A stretch of DNA of 63,872 nucleotides, counting the filler, from Blastocystis sp. subtype 4 (taxonomy: Eukaryota): the NCBI RefSeq assembly GCF_000743755.1. It is 8 parts of 8 records of this genome, joined end to end, with 100 filler letters (N's around TTAATTAATTAA, not from the genome) between each part and the next. Parts side by side here need not be neighbours in the genome. Positions count along the whole stretch, not along the records: positions 9,370 to 18,002 come from NW_014569125.1; positions 18,103 to 25,983 come from NW_014569124.1; 6 more parts are not named here. One strand, given 5' to 3'. Position numbers and translations under genes: made by a program. The notes under the pieces are model-generated. The model was not told the origin of the DNA. It saw only the letters and a program-made list of their open reading frames with translations, and searched no databases. Shown piece after piece: positions 10,790-23,720 of this stretch (positions are counted from its first letter, which is position 1; each line of letters opens with the position of its first letter).

Positions 10790-11873
10790 TTAGGAGCGAG
10801 GAATAATGGTATTGAGTCCAAGGAGTTGGGCTGTCTGGACCATCAGAGTCTCCTGAGGTACAAACACCACCTTGGTAGTGGACTTGGAGCAAATCGTCTT
10901 CAGAGCATCAATGTACTTCAAAGACAACAGATACTTCGTTGGATCATCACTACTTCCCTCTAAAGAACGGGTAATCTCTTGAATCGAACGAGCTTCTGAT
11001 TCAGCCTCATTCATCACAGCCTGAGCTTGACCACGAGCTATCCATCATTCCGTCCAGCAATCTCTACCTGATGCTACAATACGCTGGGCCTCTCCCTCTG
11101 CCTCTCGAATCCTCTGATCTCGCTGACCCTCTGCATTGATAATAGCAGTCTGCTTATTGGCCTTGGCTGTGATTACCACTTCCTTGTTCCGGAAATCAGC
11201 ATTCTTCTTCTGAGATAGCACATCCTCCAATGAATCAGCTTGCACCTTCTGGATCTTCACCATATCCACTTTCACGCCCCAGGCACGAGCAATCACATCC
11301 AGCTCTCCAGAAACACGATCCAGAATAGCTGTATCCTCAATGATACGATCTACATCTAGAGATCCAGCCACATCACGGAGTTGAGCCTGCAACAACTTTG
11401 AAAGTACATTTGGGAGGTTTGTCACAGAATATGCCATCTGCTTGGGATTTGTGATATGGTATTGTAGAACCTAGGAGTCATCAAAGACAAAAACAACAAC
11501 AGCATCCAAATAGATCTTGGCATTATCACGCGTAATCACAGGTCTAGAGTCAATCTTCTCTAATCAAATCCTACTGTCTTGGGAAATCCATTACAGCATT
11601 CTGTGTCGAAATTGTATCAGAACTCTTGACAACAAGCTTTGTGTAATTCCCCTCGCTCACAAGATAACGGACCGAAATGAACTTGGTCCGATCCATAAAA
11701 GGAATGATGAAATTCGGTCCAGGAGTCATGATCTTGTAATACTTCCCAAGTCGTTCCACAATCACAGTGTCTTTTTCCTTAATACATCGGATTCCATGAG
11801 TAATCATATAACCGACGAACACAACAACAAGGAACCAAAAGATTCCTGTCATAATCATATCAAACGTATCCAT
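10790..11873 (-). CDS. stomatin/SPFH (band 7) family membrane protein
   Basis: N-terminal TM, VIVERLGKY..PGPNFIIPFMD, VITRDNA, WGVKV, AEG..IREAEGEAQ, KYIDAL..KVVFVP; ~30-nt introns. Confidence 0.92.
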
Positions 11874-12330
11874 TTTGCTATAAGAACTGTACAAGTAAAG
11901 AACCTAATGACAAACAGAGAGTATTCGTTGTAGAGATGGATTCGGTTCGAGAGTCCGCTAGGAATCGGAAATAACCGTTTTTTTCGTCTGAATAATAGAT
12001 CATTGTAGTTGTTACATTTTCGTGATTACTATTGATATTTTAGTTGAATAGATAGTTACAAGATATTTGGAAGAATTGGTATGGATCATCCTCCATTTTA
12101 TTACAACTACTCTGTTGTCGTATCTCATATCGTGTTGTAGTCTTCCGGATAATAGGTAGAAGTATTCCAGGGTTCTGTAAATTTATTACTGCAGATAGTT
12201 CTTTTCGAGTGAAAACCGCCAGTTATACGCCTTTTAATTGGATGAACCATATCAATACTGTTTCTCCAATCATTATTCGAGATTAATCCTTACCACTCGT
12301 AGAAACCAGAACAGTATTATTTAAGAGACT

Positions 12331-15300
12331 ATGATTCTCTCACAACTACTGACTATTGTTAGTATTGGTACTGATACCGATGTCCCTTGATAGTTAGCTA
12401 TCCTTTCAGTATCCGAAGAGATATGTGAAGAAGGGAAGGTCTTTGTTACGTTTGAAAAGAAGAGTTTATCGTACGCAGTTGAAGAGTCTTTCGTGGTCAC
12501 ATCTGGAAGTGCTGTTCTTTACACTAGTCCCGTTTTCCCTAACAATCAAGTGATTACCAACAGGGTGTGTTTGGATGCCACACCTAATCTCATCTACACC
12601 CTGGAGATGAAGGATAGTGCGAATGATAGTTGGAGCGCAGGTGCTTATTTGGCGATTTATGGCCCTTACGACAACCTCGTCTTCAAGAACTATATGACTG
12701 AGAGTACATTTGAAACTACTATTTTTACTGTCAACACACCAGTTCCCAAGGAAGCATCATGGAAGTACTCATCAAGTGAGGAGAATGGATGGAAGAGTAG
12801 TTCGTTTGATGATTCCACATGGAACATCATTCCAAGAGAAACAACAGTACTGGGAACTCAGTACTATAGAATTCCTTTCATTGGTGTTCCGGATATGGCA
12901 GCTGTTGATCTTCGATTCTATTATTCTGAAGGTATTATTGCATATATTGATGGTGAGGAGATCTATCGTGATAATATGGTTGATGGAGAAGTGAATACGA
13001 TGACACCAGCTACAGGCTCTTACATGTCTCTAACATATCATGGTATTATTCGATCGGCAGATATCGTTCGTTTCCCTTCATCAATTCTTGCTGTGGAATT
13101 GCATTTTGAAAACTTGGAAGTCTCACACACTGTAACTTTCGATGCTTTTATGGCCCTTATCGCTCCGAATGTAGAGGATACAACATGTATGATTTATGGA
13201 GAGAGTCCAACACTGACCAGTAGTGGTGGATATCCTGAAGCTGCCTTTAACTATCACAAAACTGATTATATGTACATATTTGTGATTTCTACTGCCTGGC
13301 TTCGTTATGAGTACACCTCAACTGTATTACCTGCGATCAATGGAATTCGTATGTATTCAGGAAACAGTGAGAGTAACCAAGTTACGGATTTTGGCTTTTG
13401 GGGTTCGTCCACGACTGCTACTGATGATTTTACCAAATTCATTGATGTCACTGGATGGAGTTTTGCAAGAAGAGAATACAAGTATGCCATTTCTGCTTCC
13501 CAATTCACATCCTACAAATACTATGAACTTCGTGTTACCAAGGTCAATAGTTATTCTTGGAATGCTGTTGAAATCCAGCCTCTTATTTGCAATACGGCTC
13601 CTCCTTCAGCCATTGTGTTTGAAGAGACTTCATATTCCTATATTGCCCAGTACCAGAGTGTTGATATTCGACCAAAATCAAATGAATTCTCCAACTGTAC
13701 AGTGACTCCTGCTCTTCCTAGTGGTTTATCACTCAACATAGAGAATTGTTGGATTGTAGGAACAGCTAGAGCGAGTTTGGAGACTACTGAATTCACTGTT
13801 CATACAACTCAATTTGGAGGAATCTCAGGAACATTCAGTCTAACGATATCAGAGTGTCACGGAACGATGATCAAACTTGTTCGACTTTACACTACTTCAG
13901 CCAGTAAGGAGGGAACCACAGTGACAAATATGGAGACAGGAGAAGTTTTGTATTCTGCTCCTATAGGAGAGAGTCGTCCAGAGCAGACAACATGGGAACA
14001 ATCGATTTGTGTTCCTGATGTTCTTCTAAAGATTGAAACTTCTTGTGAGCGTGTAGCCTGGTCATTGGACTCTTTCTTTGAGGTGTACAGTTATATTGGA
14101 GGAAATGAGTTGGAACAACTCTTACGAATAAAACACGACACATATCTTTCGCTTCCTACTGTGAGCTACATACGAACTGGATATGTGATGCCTGCCTATA
14201 GCAACTGGTATGCTAAAATGGATTCAATTCCTTCAGATTGGATGAGTGATTCGACAAGTGGTTGGACTCAAGGTTCCTTCGAATCATATCCAGCTGCTCT
14301 CAATCAGATCCAACTGTACAAGACATTCTTCACAATCTCTTCGTTAGATACAGCTGCTGGATTCATTCTGTTATTGCGATACAAATATGGTATAATTGTG
14401 ACAATTAATGGAAAAGAAGTATTCCGCAATAATATTGAGGGTGATTTGAACTCTTCAGCTACTGCTACTGGACTGTATCAATCAGTTATCTATCGTTCTG
14501 TTTCGCTTCCCATTCGTTCTATATCAGGATCTACCATGGTGGATTATCTGCATGAAGGTCAAAACACGATCGCTGTAGCTACAGTAGCCATTTCAGCTAC
14601 CCAGAAGACCCAGTATTTTGATGCTGCTATTCGTCTGATGGGTACTGAGGAAGAATCACGTGTAATGGGTTTTTCAGTGACAGCAAGCAACAGTATCTCA
14701 ACTCCAGAGAATGTATTCTCTCGTCAGTACACTCGAAGTATCAAATCATCGTATTGTTATAGCAATTGGCTTCAGGTCGAGTTTGAGAATGACAAACGTG
14801 AATGGATTAGTTCTATTATATTGACAAATGATTACTCCAAAGTGGATTCAAATGTCAAGACAGTAACCGTGAAGGCGAGAAACAATGATGATGAGGACTG
14901 GAATCTCCTTGTGGTAATCTCTGGATTAACGTGGTCAACAGTAAGTCAGCGTCGAAAGGTGTGGCTTCACAATAACAAACCATTCAATCAATATCGATTT
15001 GAAGACTTCGGATCTGGTTCCACGAGTGAATGTGCTTGGAATCTTCAGTCTCTTGATATGATGAGTGATCGAATGCAGATGGATATTCCTCCCTTATCAT
15101 TTGAAAGTGCTTCAATCTTCCAACACATCGAGATGGCAGAGATTTATCCTTCGTCTTCCTATTACACTGATTACTCTGTGGTTCCTGCCCTGCCTTCTGG
15201 AATCGTGATTGATCCATTCACTGGTGTATTGTCAGGAACGACTCATGAGCTCCATGAAAACACCACATATACCATTCATGCAACGAGTATTCTTGGAATA

Positions 15301-17292
15301 TCTACTACTACTGAGTTTTCTCTTGCTGTAGAAATATGTACTGGGGATCAGAGACTGATTACGGTTGTAATTCATGCTGATAATTATGTTCGAGAGAATG
15401 GTTGGAGACTGTATCAAGGAAGAGGTAATGAAACTGTTATCAAAGGAAAAGATACATTCCCTGTCTCTCAAGGAGTCTTCTATTTGGACTTTTGTCTTCC
15501 TCACGGTATTTATACATTTGAGGGACGTGACTATAATGGAGATGGATGGAAGGTGGATTGTGGATACAAGATGACTGTGGATCAGGGAGCACTGAGCTTT
15601 GCAATGGGAATGGTGAATAGTGGTACAACACCAACAACACATCAGACTGTATTTTCGTCGTATCTTCCTTTTCAGATTCAATATGATGATTGGAAGGTCA
15701 GTGACCAATATCAAGAAGAATGGAATCAGAGAGGATTTGACGATTCCGCATGGTCTGTTGTGAAAGCAGAAGAGATTGGTCAACACTCTACTGTCACAGT
15801 GTACATTCGACGAGTCTTTGACATTGATTCCTTGGATGACTATACTGTGTTAAATGTACGTGTGCGATTTGGAGCTGGTCTAGTTGCCTATTTCAATGGT
15901 AAAATGGTGGCTCGCTATAACATGCCTTCAACATTCGATGATTCGACTGTGGCCACAGCCACACGCGATGCTTCACTCTTCACAGTGTTCCATATCTTGT
16001 TAACTCTGGATGGAGCCACAGAAACTGCGAATGTTATTGCTTTTGAACTTCATCGTCATGCTGACCAGTCTTCAACGGTTCCTGTTGCTTTCGACGCTAC
16101 TGGTGTTTTTGGAGTCAGTACGTGTTCGAGTCTGTTAGATGAAATGGTGGTTATTGATGGAACCCAACCAGAGGAAGGATCATTATCAGATTTATTTGAT
16201 ATGGATCCTATTGGAGCAATTAGTTTCCCTAATGATGATGGTGATTATCTTCATTTTGGTAGTACTAATCAAATGGGAATGCGTTTCAATGCATGGGGAT
16301 TTTGGGCTAATAAACCATTTACAAGTTGGTCTGCTACATTTGGAGGAAAGATGATGGAATTGGATGAGGATCGCGAACTCACCTCTTTTGCTCGTACCAA
16401 CTTCGATGGTCGCTCCTATCATTCATTCGAAACTCCTCTCGGAATGATTCCATTCGATTCATTGAAGTTGACAGTTGATTCTGGAGCTATCACAGCTCCA
16501 TCAATCACATCTCTTGAACTTCTTTTCTGTAAGTCTGTAGGAAAGGTTTGTCCTGGTGTTGGTGAATATCCAGCTGTGGGAGATGGTCAAGTGTCTCCTG
16601 CATTGTGTCCAACTGGCTTTAGAGGATATGCTTATCGTAACTGTACGGATGGAGTACTTGGAGAGGTACAGATGGATCGCTGTTTGTACAAAGAACCAGA
16701 GAATCTACGCTACAAAGATACATCTCTGCAATTGGTGGTAGGAACCGTTGTGAAAGTGGAACCACCAAAGTATGATAATCTGATTACTGTGTTTTATTTG
16801 AATGATAATTCTACTCTTCCTCAGGGACTGCAATTGGATTCAACAACAGGAGCGATCACTGGAATCCCTACAGAGGAGTTTGATTTATTTGTGTTTACTG
16901 TTATGGGAGCAAATCCAGGTGGTGTTGCTGCAGCCACCATTACACTCTCAGTTCGTTTAGGTAGTTGCCAAGCTGAAGCCGGTTTCCCTACAACCGTTGT
17001 GGGAGAGCGTGCTACATGTGACTGTTCATATTATGGTAGTTTTGTGGGAACACAGTCTCGTTTGTGTGTTTTAGGTGAAAAGGATGGAGAATGGAGAAAG
17101 ACAACCGGTCTTTGTGTGTCTGTGTCATTGCTCATTGTTTTAGTAGTTGTTGTTGTGATTGCAGTCGTTATTCTCCTTGTGTGTGTTGTCAGGAAAATGA
17201 AAAAGACAAAGGCTGCAGGGGGAGTTAAGGATAAGAAATCAATTCCACTGAAGGCGAACAAGGAAGTCAAGACGAAGGATGTCAAAGTTTAG
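12331..17292 (+). CDS. giant type I surface protein (~1640 aa) with repeated beta-sandwich modules and putative Ig (He_PIG-like) domains
   Basis: Short signal-peptide exon from 12331, then one very long exon. Three modules each ending in PALPSGL/LPQGL..D..TG.I.G Ig-like units; Cys-rich juxtamembrane region, Val-rich TM, Lys-rich tail. Confidence 0.85.
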
Positions 17293-17769
17293 TTTTCGTT
17301 TGTGGTTATGGAGTCTGTTGGTTCGAATACACTATTGGATCCATTGTTCTGCTATGAATTCTGATAATATGGAAGTGAATCAATGTCGTTTCACTTGAAA
17401 CTAGGAGATGGATGATAGATTGAACATTTAGGTGATGGCCATTATACTAATGAGAATGCTTACCTTATGACTGATTGTTATCTTTACTTGTGACACTAAT
17501 TATATCACAAAAACCAGGAGAATTGACTTTGGACCTCATAACAGAGAATATAATAAGTTTACATGCTTCTCTCAATGGTCATCAATTCAATTGTGTCGAT
17601 TCTCCTATCGATTTCATGAATTACTAGAACAACAATTATTAACTTAGTGACAACAATAGATTAGAAGAGTAATCAAGGATTATTTACGAATCATGTGAAT
17701 CAATTCTATTGATTCCCGTGATTCAAAAACGACTCAGTAGTCTGTGGTTATAGCAACTCCAAATCAGCG

Positions 17770-18002
17770 TTGATGAGTAAAAATGAATATACTAAAGTCA
17801 CCTATACAAAACCAGGATTGAAGGAGACGAATAGAGAGAATTGGAAAGTGAAGGAGTACTTGAAAGAGAGTGTATTGAATAGTAATAAGAATTGTATGTT
17901 GAATTTGAATGTTGATAAAGGAGAAATGAGAGGAATATGTAAGAGAGGAGAAGAAGTGATAGAAGTGAAAGAGAATGAGAATGAAGTGGAATTGATGATA
18001 GT
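17770..18002 (+). CDS. 5' fragment of a MORN/LRR-family-like gene, truncated by gap
   Basis: E/K/N-rich ORF whose composition resembles the N-terminus of the gene at 20076-22005. Confidence 0.35.
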
Positions 18003-18102
18003 NNNNNNNNNNNNNNNNNNNNNNNNNNNNNNNNNNNNNNNNNNNNTTAATTAATTAANNNNNNNNNNNNNNNNNNNNNNNNNNNNNNNNNNNNNNNNNN
18101 NN

Positions 18103-19116
18103 AAGAGATGTTATGGAATTGAGTATTGGAATGATATTGGTTTGAAGAAGTATTGTGGTTGTTATTATGATGGATTGAAGAATGGATATGGATTATTGTA
18201 TAATCGAAATGGAATGATTGAATATGAAGGACTATTCAAAGATGATGTTATTATTGATGTTAATGATGATGATATGAGAATGAAATAGATTGATGATTGT
18301 GAATTGATTGTTACTAGTTGTTGCTGATGATTTCAATCCTGATATATCATCATTGATATTGAACAATTCATTGATATCATTGAAACGAATTGAGATTGGA
18401 AATGATTGTTTTGAGAATGTGAGTCGATTTGTGATTGATGGATTGAATGAATTGGAGACAATCATTATTGGGAATAATTGCTTTGAACTCAATTGGGATA
18501 TTAGAAATGGAGGCAGTTACATGATAATGAATTGTGATCAATTGAGAGAGATACACATCGGAGTGGGTTCATTCTATTGTTATGAGTCATTTGAATTGAA
18601 GAATCTCCCTTCTCTCATATCCATTCAATTGGATGGTGCATCATTCGCAGAATGCCACTTAATAGTATTTGAGAGTATGAATGATTGAATGAATGATGAA
18701 TGAGATTTGCCTCAACTTCAATCCATCACTCTTGGATGGGGGGCTCTTAATGGTGATGAAGATACTATTAAATCAAATGAATTGATAATGAAGAGTATGA
18801 ATGATGGTGATGATTGATTGATCAGATCTCCCTTCGCTAACTCTATTCAAAGGAAGTGCTTTCAGTTTATGCCGTATAGGCAAAGTAGTATTAGAGAGTG
18901 ATGTTTGATGATTGTATTTGACGTAGACATTCCATCACTCACTGAAGATGGAATTCAGATGGCATATGAGGCATTCGAGAATGTGAATGTATTGACAAGT
19001 TCGAGTATGATTGGTTGACTGCTAATGATAAAGATGCTAATTTTCTTGATCAATTCATTAGAAGCAGAGTTTGGAGGTTATCGAAGGTTAAAGAAGCAGT
19101 TACTGATGGTGAATAA
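18103..19116 (+). CDS. 3' part of a MORN-repeat/leucine-rich-repeat family protein
   Basis: MORN-like YCGCYYDGLKNGYGLLY..YEGLF, then LRRs (SLKRIEIGNDCF, NLPSLISIQL). Phase-1 introns at 18675-18704, 18795-18825, 18898-18926, 19005-19033; TAA at 19114. Confidence 0.72.
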
Positions 19117-19262
19117 ACTGTTTGTTTAAAATGGGCTAGGGTTCGTATTACTGAGGATTGGATGATCTTTCATAACATATCTAGTTTTTGTCATCATTCA
19201 ATCCAATAAATCGTCCATACACTCATCAACAACTTCTATTAACACCAAAACACTCAATAATC

Positions 19263-19841
19263 TATAGTCTCCCTTTGAAGAACGATATTGTGATGAATGA
19301 TAACAAGAGAGACTGTTTGAATGATGTGCTTAGAATAAGTTTGTTGATTATGTGAAAAACGAATACAGTAGTAGCTCGAAATGATTCAGGACCAAAGAAT
19401 ATCGTTGTTGAAGCAGGATACTTTGATCAAGAATCATTAGAAGAGATGTTTGGTTCATATCTCACATTCACAGAAGATGGATATGCACATCCTTCTGGTC
19501 CTGCTTATGATCTAGTGTTTCAACAAACACCTGATTTGAGTCGAATATTGGGATTTGATGAAATTCAGGCAAATGGTGTTAAAGGAAGAGAACCAGTGGA
19601 TGTATCAAATGGATTGAATTGTATTCGAATCTACAGTAATCTGGTAAAGCAGATGATATCATATGAAACAAGTCCATTAGTAGATTGTATGATCTATTCA
19701 ACAATGGGATTGAACAATGTGTGTTCGTTTAGTAATTTGAACATATCTACAGTTCGTATGAGTGATTTGCGTTCAGTTCAGTTTGATACATAAGATCATC
19801 AGGAAGTAATGTCAATCACATCTACATCCATCATTCTCTAA
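19263..19841 (+). pseudogene. decayed intronless ORF resembling Polinton/adintovirus-type minor capsid (penton) protein
   Basis: One frame interrupted by TGA (19353) and TAA (19791). Motifs in order: IVVEAGYF..ESL, DL.F...LSRILGF, PVDVSNGLNCIRIYSNLV, LRSVQFD.*DHQ. Assigned by recalled family pattern only. Confidence 0.5.
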
Positions 19842-20075
19842 GTGATTACATTTGATGTTATTAGTTGTTTTGATAATACAAGAAGAGTGATTGTACTAAG
19901 ATTCTTCACTTTGGTATGGAAGAGAATAATTCTCTTCTAATTCGTCATATCCTTCATAATCTAGATTCATATTCTGTAATCATGAAGTCCCTCCTTTTAC
20001 ACTCCATCTTCAATAGGTTATGAACAAATAGAACAACTTCATCAATATGATCACTTACACTTTGCTTATGAACTA

Positions 20076-22005
20076 TTACTCACAAGAATCACGGTTATAT
20101 CGAATGTAGTTCTCAAGAGCATCAGCATCTTAATTATCAATCAATCAATCAATCATACTTCTAGACTGCAATTCTGTTACATCACAGAATGTATATTCCA
20201 GCTGAACTGCACCTTCAGTGAGTGTTGGAATGTCTAATTCACATTCAATCATCAATCACCACTCTCCAGCATCACTCTACTTATACCACAGAAACTCTCA
20301 CCATCTCCTTTGAATAGAATTAGAGAAGGAAGATCTAATCAATCAATCATCATTATCATTTATACTTCTCATTATCAACTCATTCGATTCAACAGTATCC
20401 CTATCACCACCAAGGGCTCCTAATCCAAGAGAGATTGATCGAAGTTGAGTCAAATCTTAATCAGAATTCATTCATTATTCGTACTCTCAAATACAATAGA
20501 ACCACAATCAGAGAATGCGCCAGCTCCCATACTAAGAGATTGGAGAGAAGGAATATTGTTGAGAGTGAATGACTTGTTTCCTCTTCCCACACATCCCTGA
20601 ATCATAACCGATTTAATAGAATTTGTTATCTCTTGCAATTGACCAATTTTCGTTATCCAGAACAATGATGGATGAAGAGACAACACATATTCAGAGGGAT
20701 GAATCCAACTGTTCACTGTTACAAAGTATTCAAGACCGCCATCTAAGGTTAATAAGAGTAATTAATCTAACTTGTGCAGTCCAACACTTTAGTCTTACCA
20801 AATGATCCTTTCATCAGAATTCCATCTGAATTGAGTGATGGAATGTCTACGTCAAAATCAGTCATCAATCATTACTATCCAACTTCACTTTGCCTACATT
20901 CCAGAAATTGAAACCATGTCCTTCGAGTTGAGTTAGAGAAGGGAGATCTGATCAATAAATCATCATTATCTTTCATACTCTTCATTATCAATTCATTCGA
21001 TTCAACAGTCATAGAATAACCACGAAATGTCCCATATCCAAGTTTGATGGATTGAAGTCGAGGCAGATCTCATTCATCATTCATTCAATCATTCATACTC
21101 TCAAATACTATTGATTGACAATTACAGAATACCCAATCACAAAACACAATGGATACAAGAGAAGGGAGATCCTTCAATTCAAAGGAATTATACCACATGA
21201 GTGAATCCATCCCAATGTAGATTTCTCTCAATCTATTATAATTCCTTATAGCAAATAATAAACTGCCTCTAGCATCATCACGGAATGTGAAGGTATCGAT
21301 GCTAACACCCTTCCATTCATCCGATTCATTAACCACAATTCTAGGCTCTTTCATAGTAACGTCCCAAACAATCTCAAGTACCTCAATTGCTCCCAGACAA
21401 TTACCATCAGATACACCCAAATTACTGTATAAGATTGGATTGTACTTTCTTCTCATCAGTTCTTCAGTAATCACAGGATTCAACCCTTTGAATTGCCCTT
21501 CATATCTCTTCCCTTGACTCCATCTCCATATATGCAATTGCTTGTCATCAAAATCATGCTTCTTCGCTGGACTTTGATATCCCGTCAACTCTTTTGAACA
21601 CCTTTTATTCATCCCAGCTTCATTCAGTTTCACATCTCGCTTTCCACGTCGGTAGGATCCTCTCCATATCTCAACTCCGTCATCATACTCTATCCATATT
21701 CCGACCTCCTTTCCTTTTGAAACAGTTCCTTTCAAGACTATGTTGCCATATCTGTCCATCTTGAATACTTCTCCTTCACATTCATCATTCACAAACATCA
21801 ATCTCATAAGCAGCGTTCTATCCTCTCTCACAATCAAACCAACTCCATCTTTCTTTCCTTCTTTCATGCCTACTATCATCTCGCATTCTTCGTTATCTAT
21901 CAATAACTGTATTTTCGCTTCTCCAAGACATTCAGTACCCTTTGTTATCTCAGCAATCTTTATCTCATAATCACCAAGGAATTCAAGAGATGAACGACAA
22001 TTCAT
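20076..22005 (-). CDS. MORN-repeat/leucine-rich-repeat family protein, multi-exon
   Basis: First exon has MORN-like GMKEGKKDGVG, GKEVGIWIEY, YEGQFK; then two tandem sets of LRR exons (DLPSLVSI, NLPRLQSIKLG, NIPSLQSLSMG); ends ...NADALENYIRYNRDSCE*. Confidence 0.75.
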
Positions 22006-22679
22006 AACAGAAATGTACTTATATCAATATAATAGGAGAAAACACCCCATGAGAGAAGACTCAGAACTCTAAATCCTATTGGATTCTACTTTATATCCAT
22101 TCGACCACTCACTTTCCCTGTTTCCACTGGCTTTCTATTTACTCATATGTCTGTTTTCTATTTATTCTCTACAAGCAAGCATATTCAATCTAGTTTATTT
22201 ATTTTCGACCTTTAACCTAACGTCATACTTTTCTTTCCTGATTTCACTCAGTATTTATGCATATGTAACACTAATACTGTTTAAACTATCATTTTACATA
22301 ATCTACTCTCAACTTGCCACTTTCCTATGTCTTCTATCAATTTTTACAAATAAAACTCATTTAATACACTACATATTATCAACTCTCTCCATCTAAACTT
22401 GTTTCCACGATCATACATATTATGATAAATACCCGAACAATTTCATTCTATCCTATTCTCTTCAAATATCAAACTTATCCTATGTTTGTATAGGTTGTTC
22501 TCCTTTTTATTCACTCAAATATGAACCCACGTCATAATATCGACAACCCTGTGTTCTTTTCTAATACACTTGACTATGACGCGTCAAACAATTTTCTATT
22601 CATCTGATATATTTGTAATAACATTCGATACATCACTCCTTTCTTAACTCTTAAGAACATCATTTCTAACTATTACAAC

Positions 22680-23720
22680 AACAGTTTTCAAACACTCATT
22701 ATTTCAACAAACATTTGTTGTCTCAGAATCTGAAACAGTCATTGAAGCTAATAAATCACTCCATGAATCTTTAATCAACAACTCTTCATCTACACCCCAA
22801 CTGCCTGAAGAGAGAGTCGTATTCATCACTTCGATACTCAGCATTTGCCATACATAATGCTTATTCATATTCCTTACCAGAATACCTTTTGTTCAAACAA
22901 CATTTCCACTCATTGTGTAGATGGTCATTAATTCTCCTCTTTCTCCTTGGAACGAGATGGAATCATTAATAATTCATTATCTGGACAGGTACTTACATCA
23001 AATTCAATCATTGCCTCATCCTCACCTGCCTATTTATTGACGACATTGTGAGAATGAAGGGTCCTTGATCTATGAATGTTCCTGATATCAGTTCTTAATA
23101 GTTTTACTCCTTGCTGTGATCACATATGTCATTCCACAAATCGTCACAATAAGAAGTTGATAGGACTTCGCTTTCAATCCACTCACAGGAGCAACTCCCA
23201 CAGTCACATGAATAGTGATGGTTGTTGAATCCAAAGAAACTGAAGCAATTATCACATAATCCTCAGACGAATAGAAAAGGTGGACCACTAATCACTCCAG
23301 AAACTGAATTGATGGAGATTCCTAGTGATAAAGGGGAGAAACAGTAATGAAGTGATGTAAGAACCACGCATACAAGGACGAGTGGTCTCAATTGTTCCAG
23401 AAATGAAGGAGCATTCCTCCTACATACGTCACAGTATCATCAATTGTTGTTAGTGGAATTCCTGCTGCAGGGGGAAAACACTGAACCAAGAGACGAGGAC
23501 CAGGGTAAAAACTACTGAAACACACTCGTATCAAATGACGACTTGTTTCAAGATAGATGGTTGCAAAAAGAATACCAGTGGCAAAGCAGGAGTATTAGAA
23601 AAACGAGAGCAGGCAGAACTGCAAGAGAAACTATTATAAACTCCAACTGTCATAACATATTCTTCGATCCACATGAAACAAGCTTGCTATTCCAATTATA
23701 CTCAAACAAGTAAACAAAAG
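22680..23720 (-). pseudogene. degenerate remnant of an Ig-like surface protein gene
   Basis: Frameshifted fragments such as GISINSVSGVISG and SSEDYVIIAS..TTITIHVTV resemble the Ig-like units of the gene at 12331-17292. Boundaries approximate. Confidence 0.5.

Noticed and set aside
22079..22396. 105-aa very hydrophobic ORF
   Set aside because: TTG start within a T/C-rich spacer with no recognisable motif; likely compositional.
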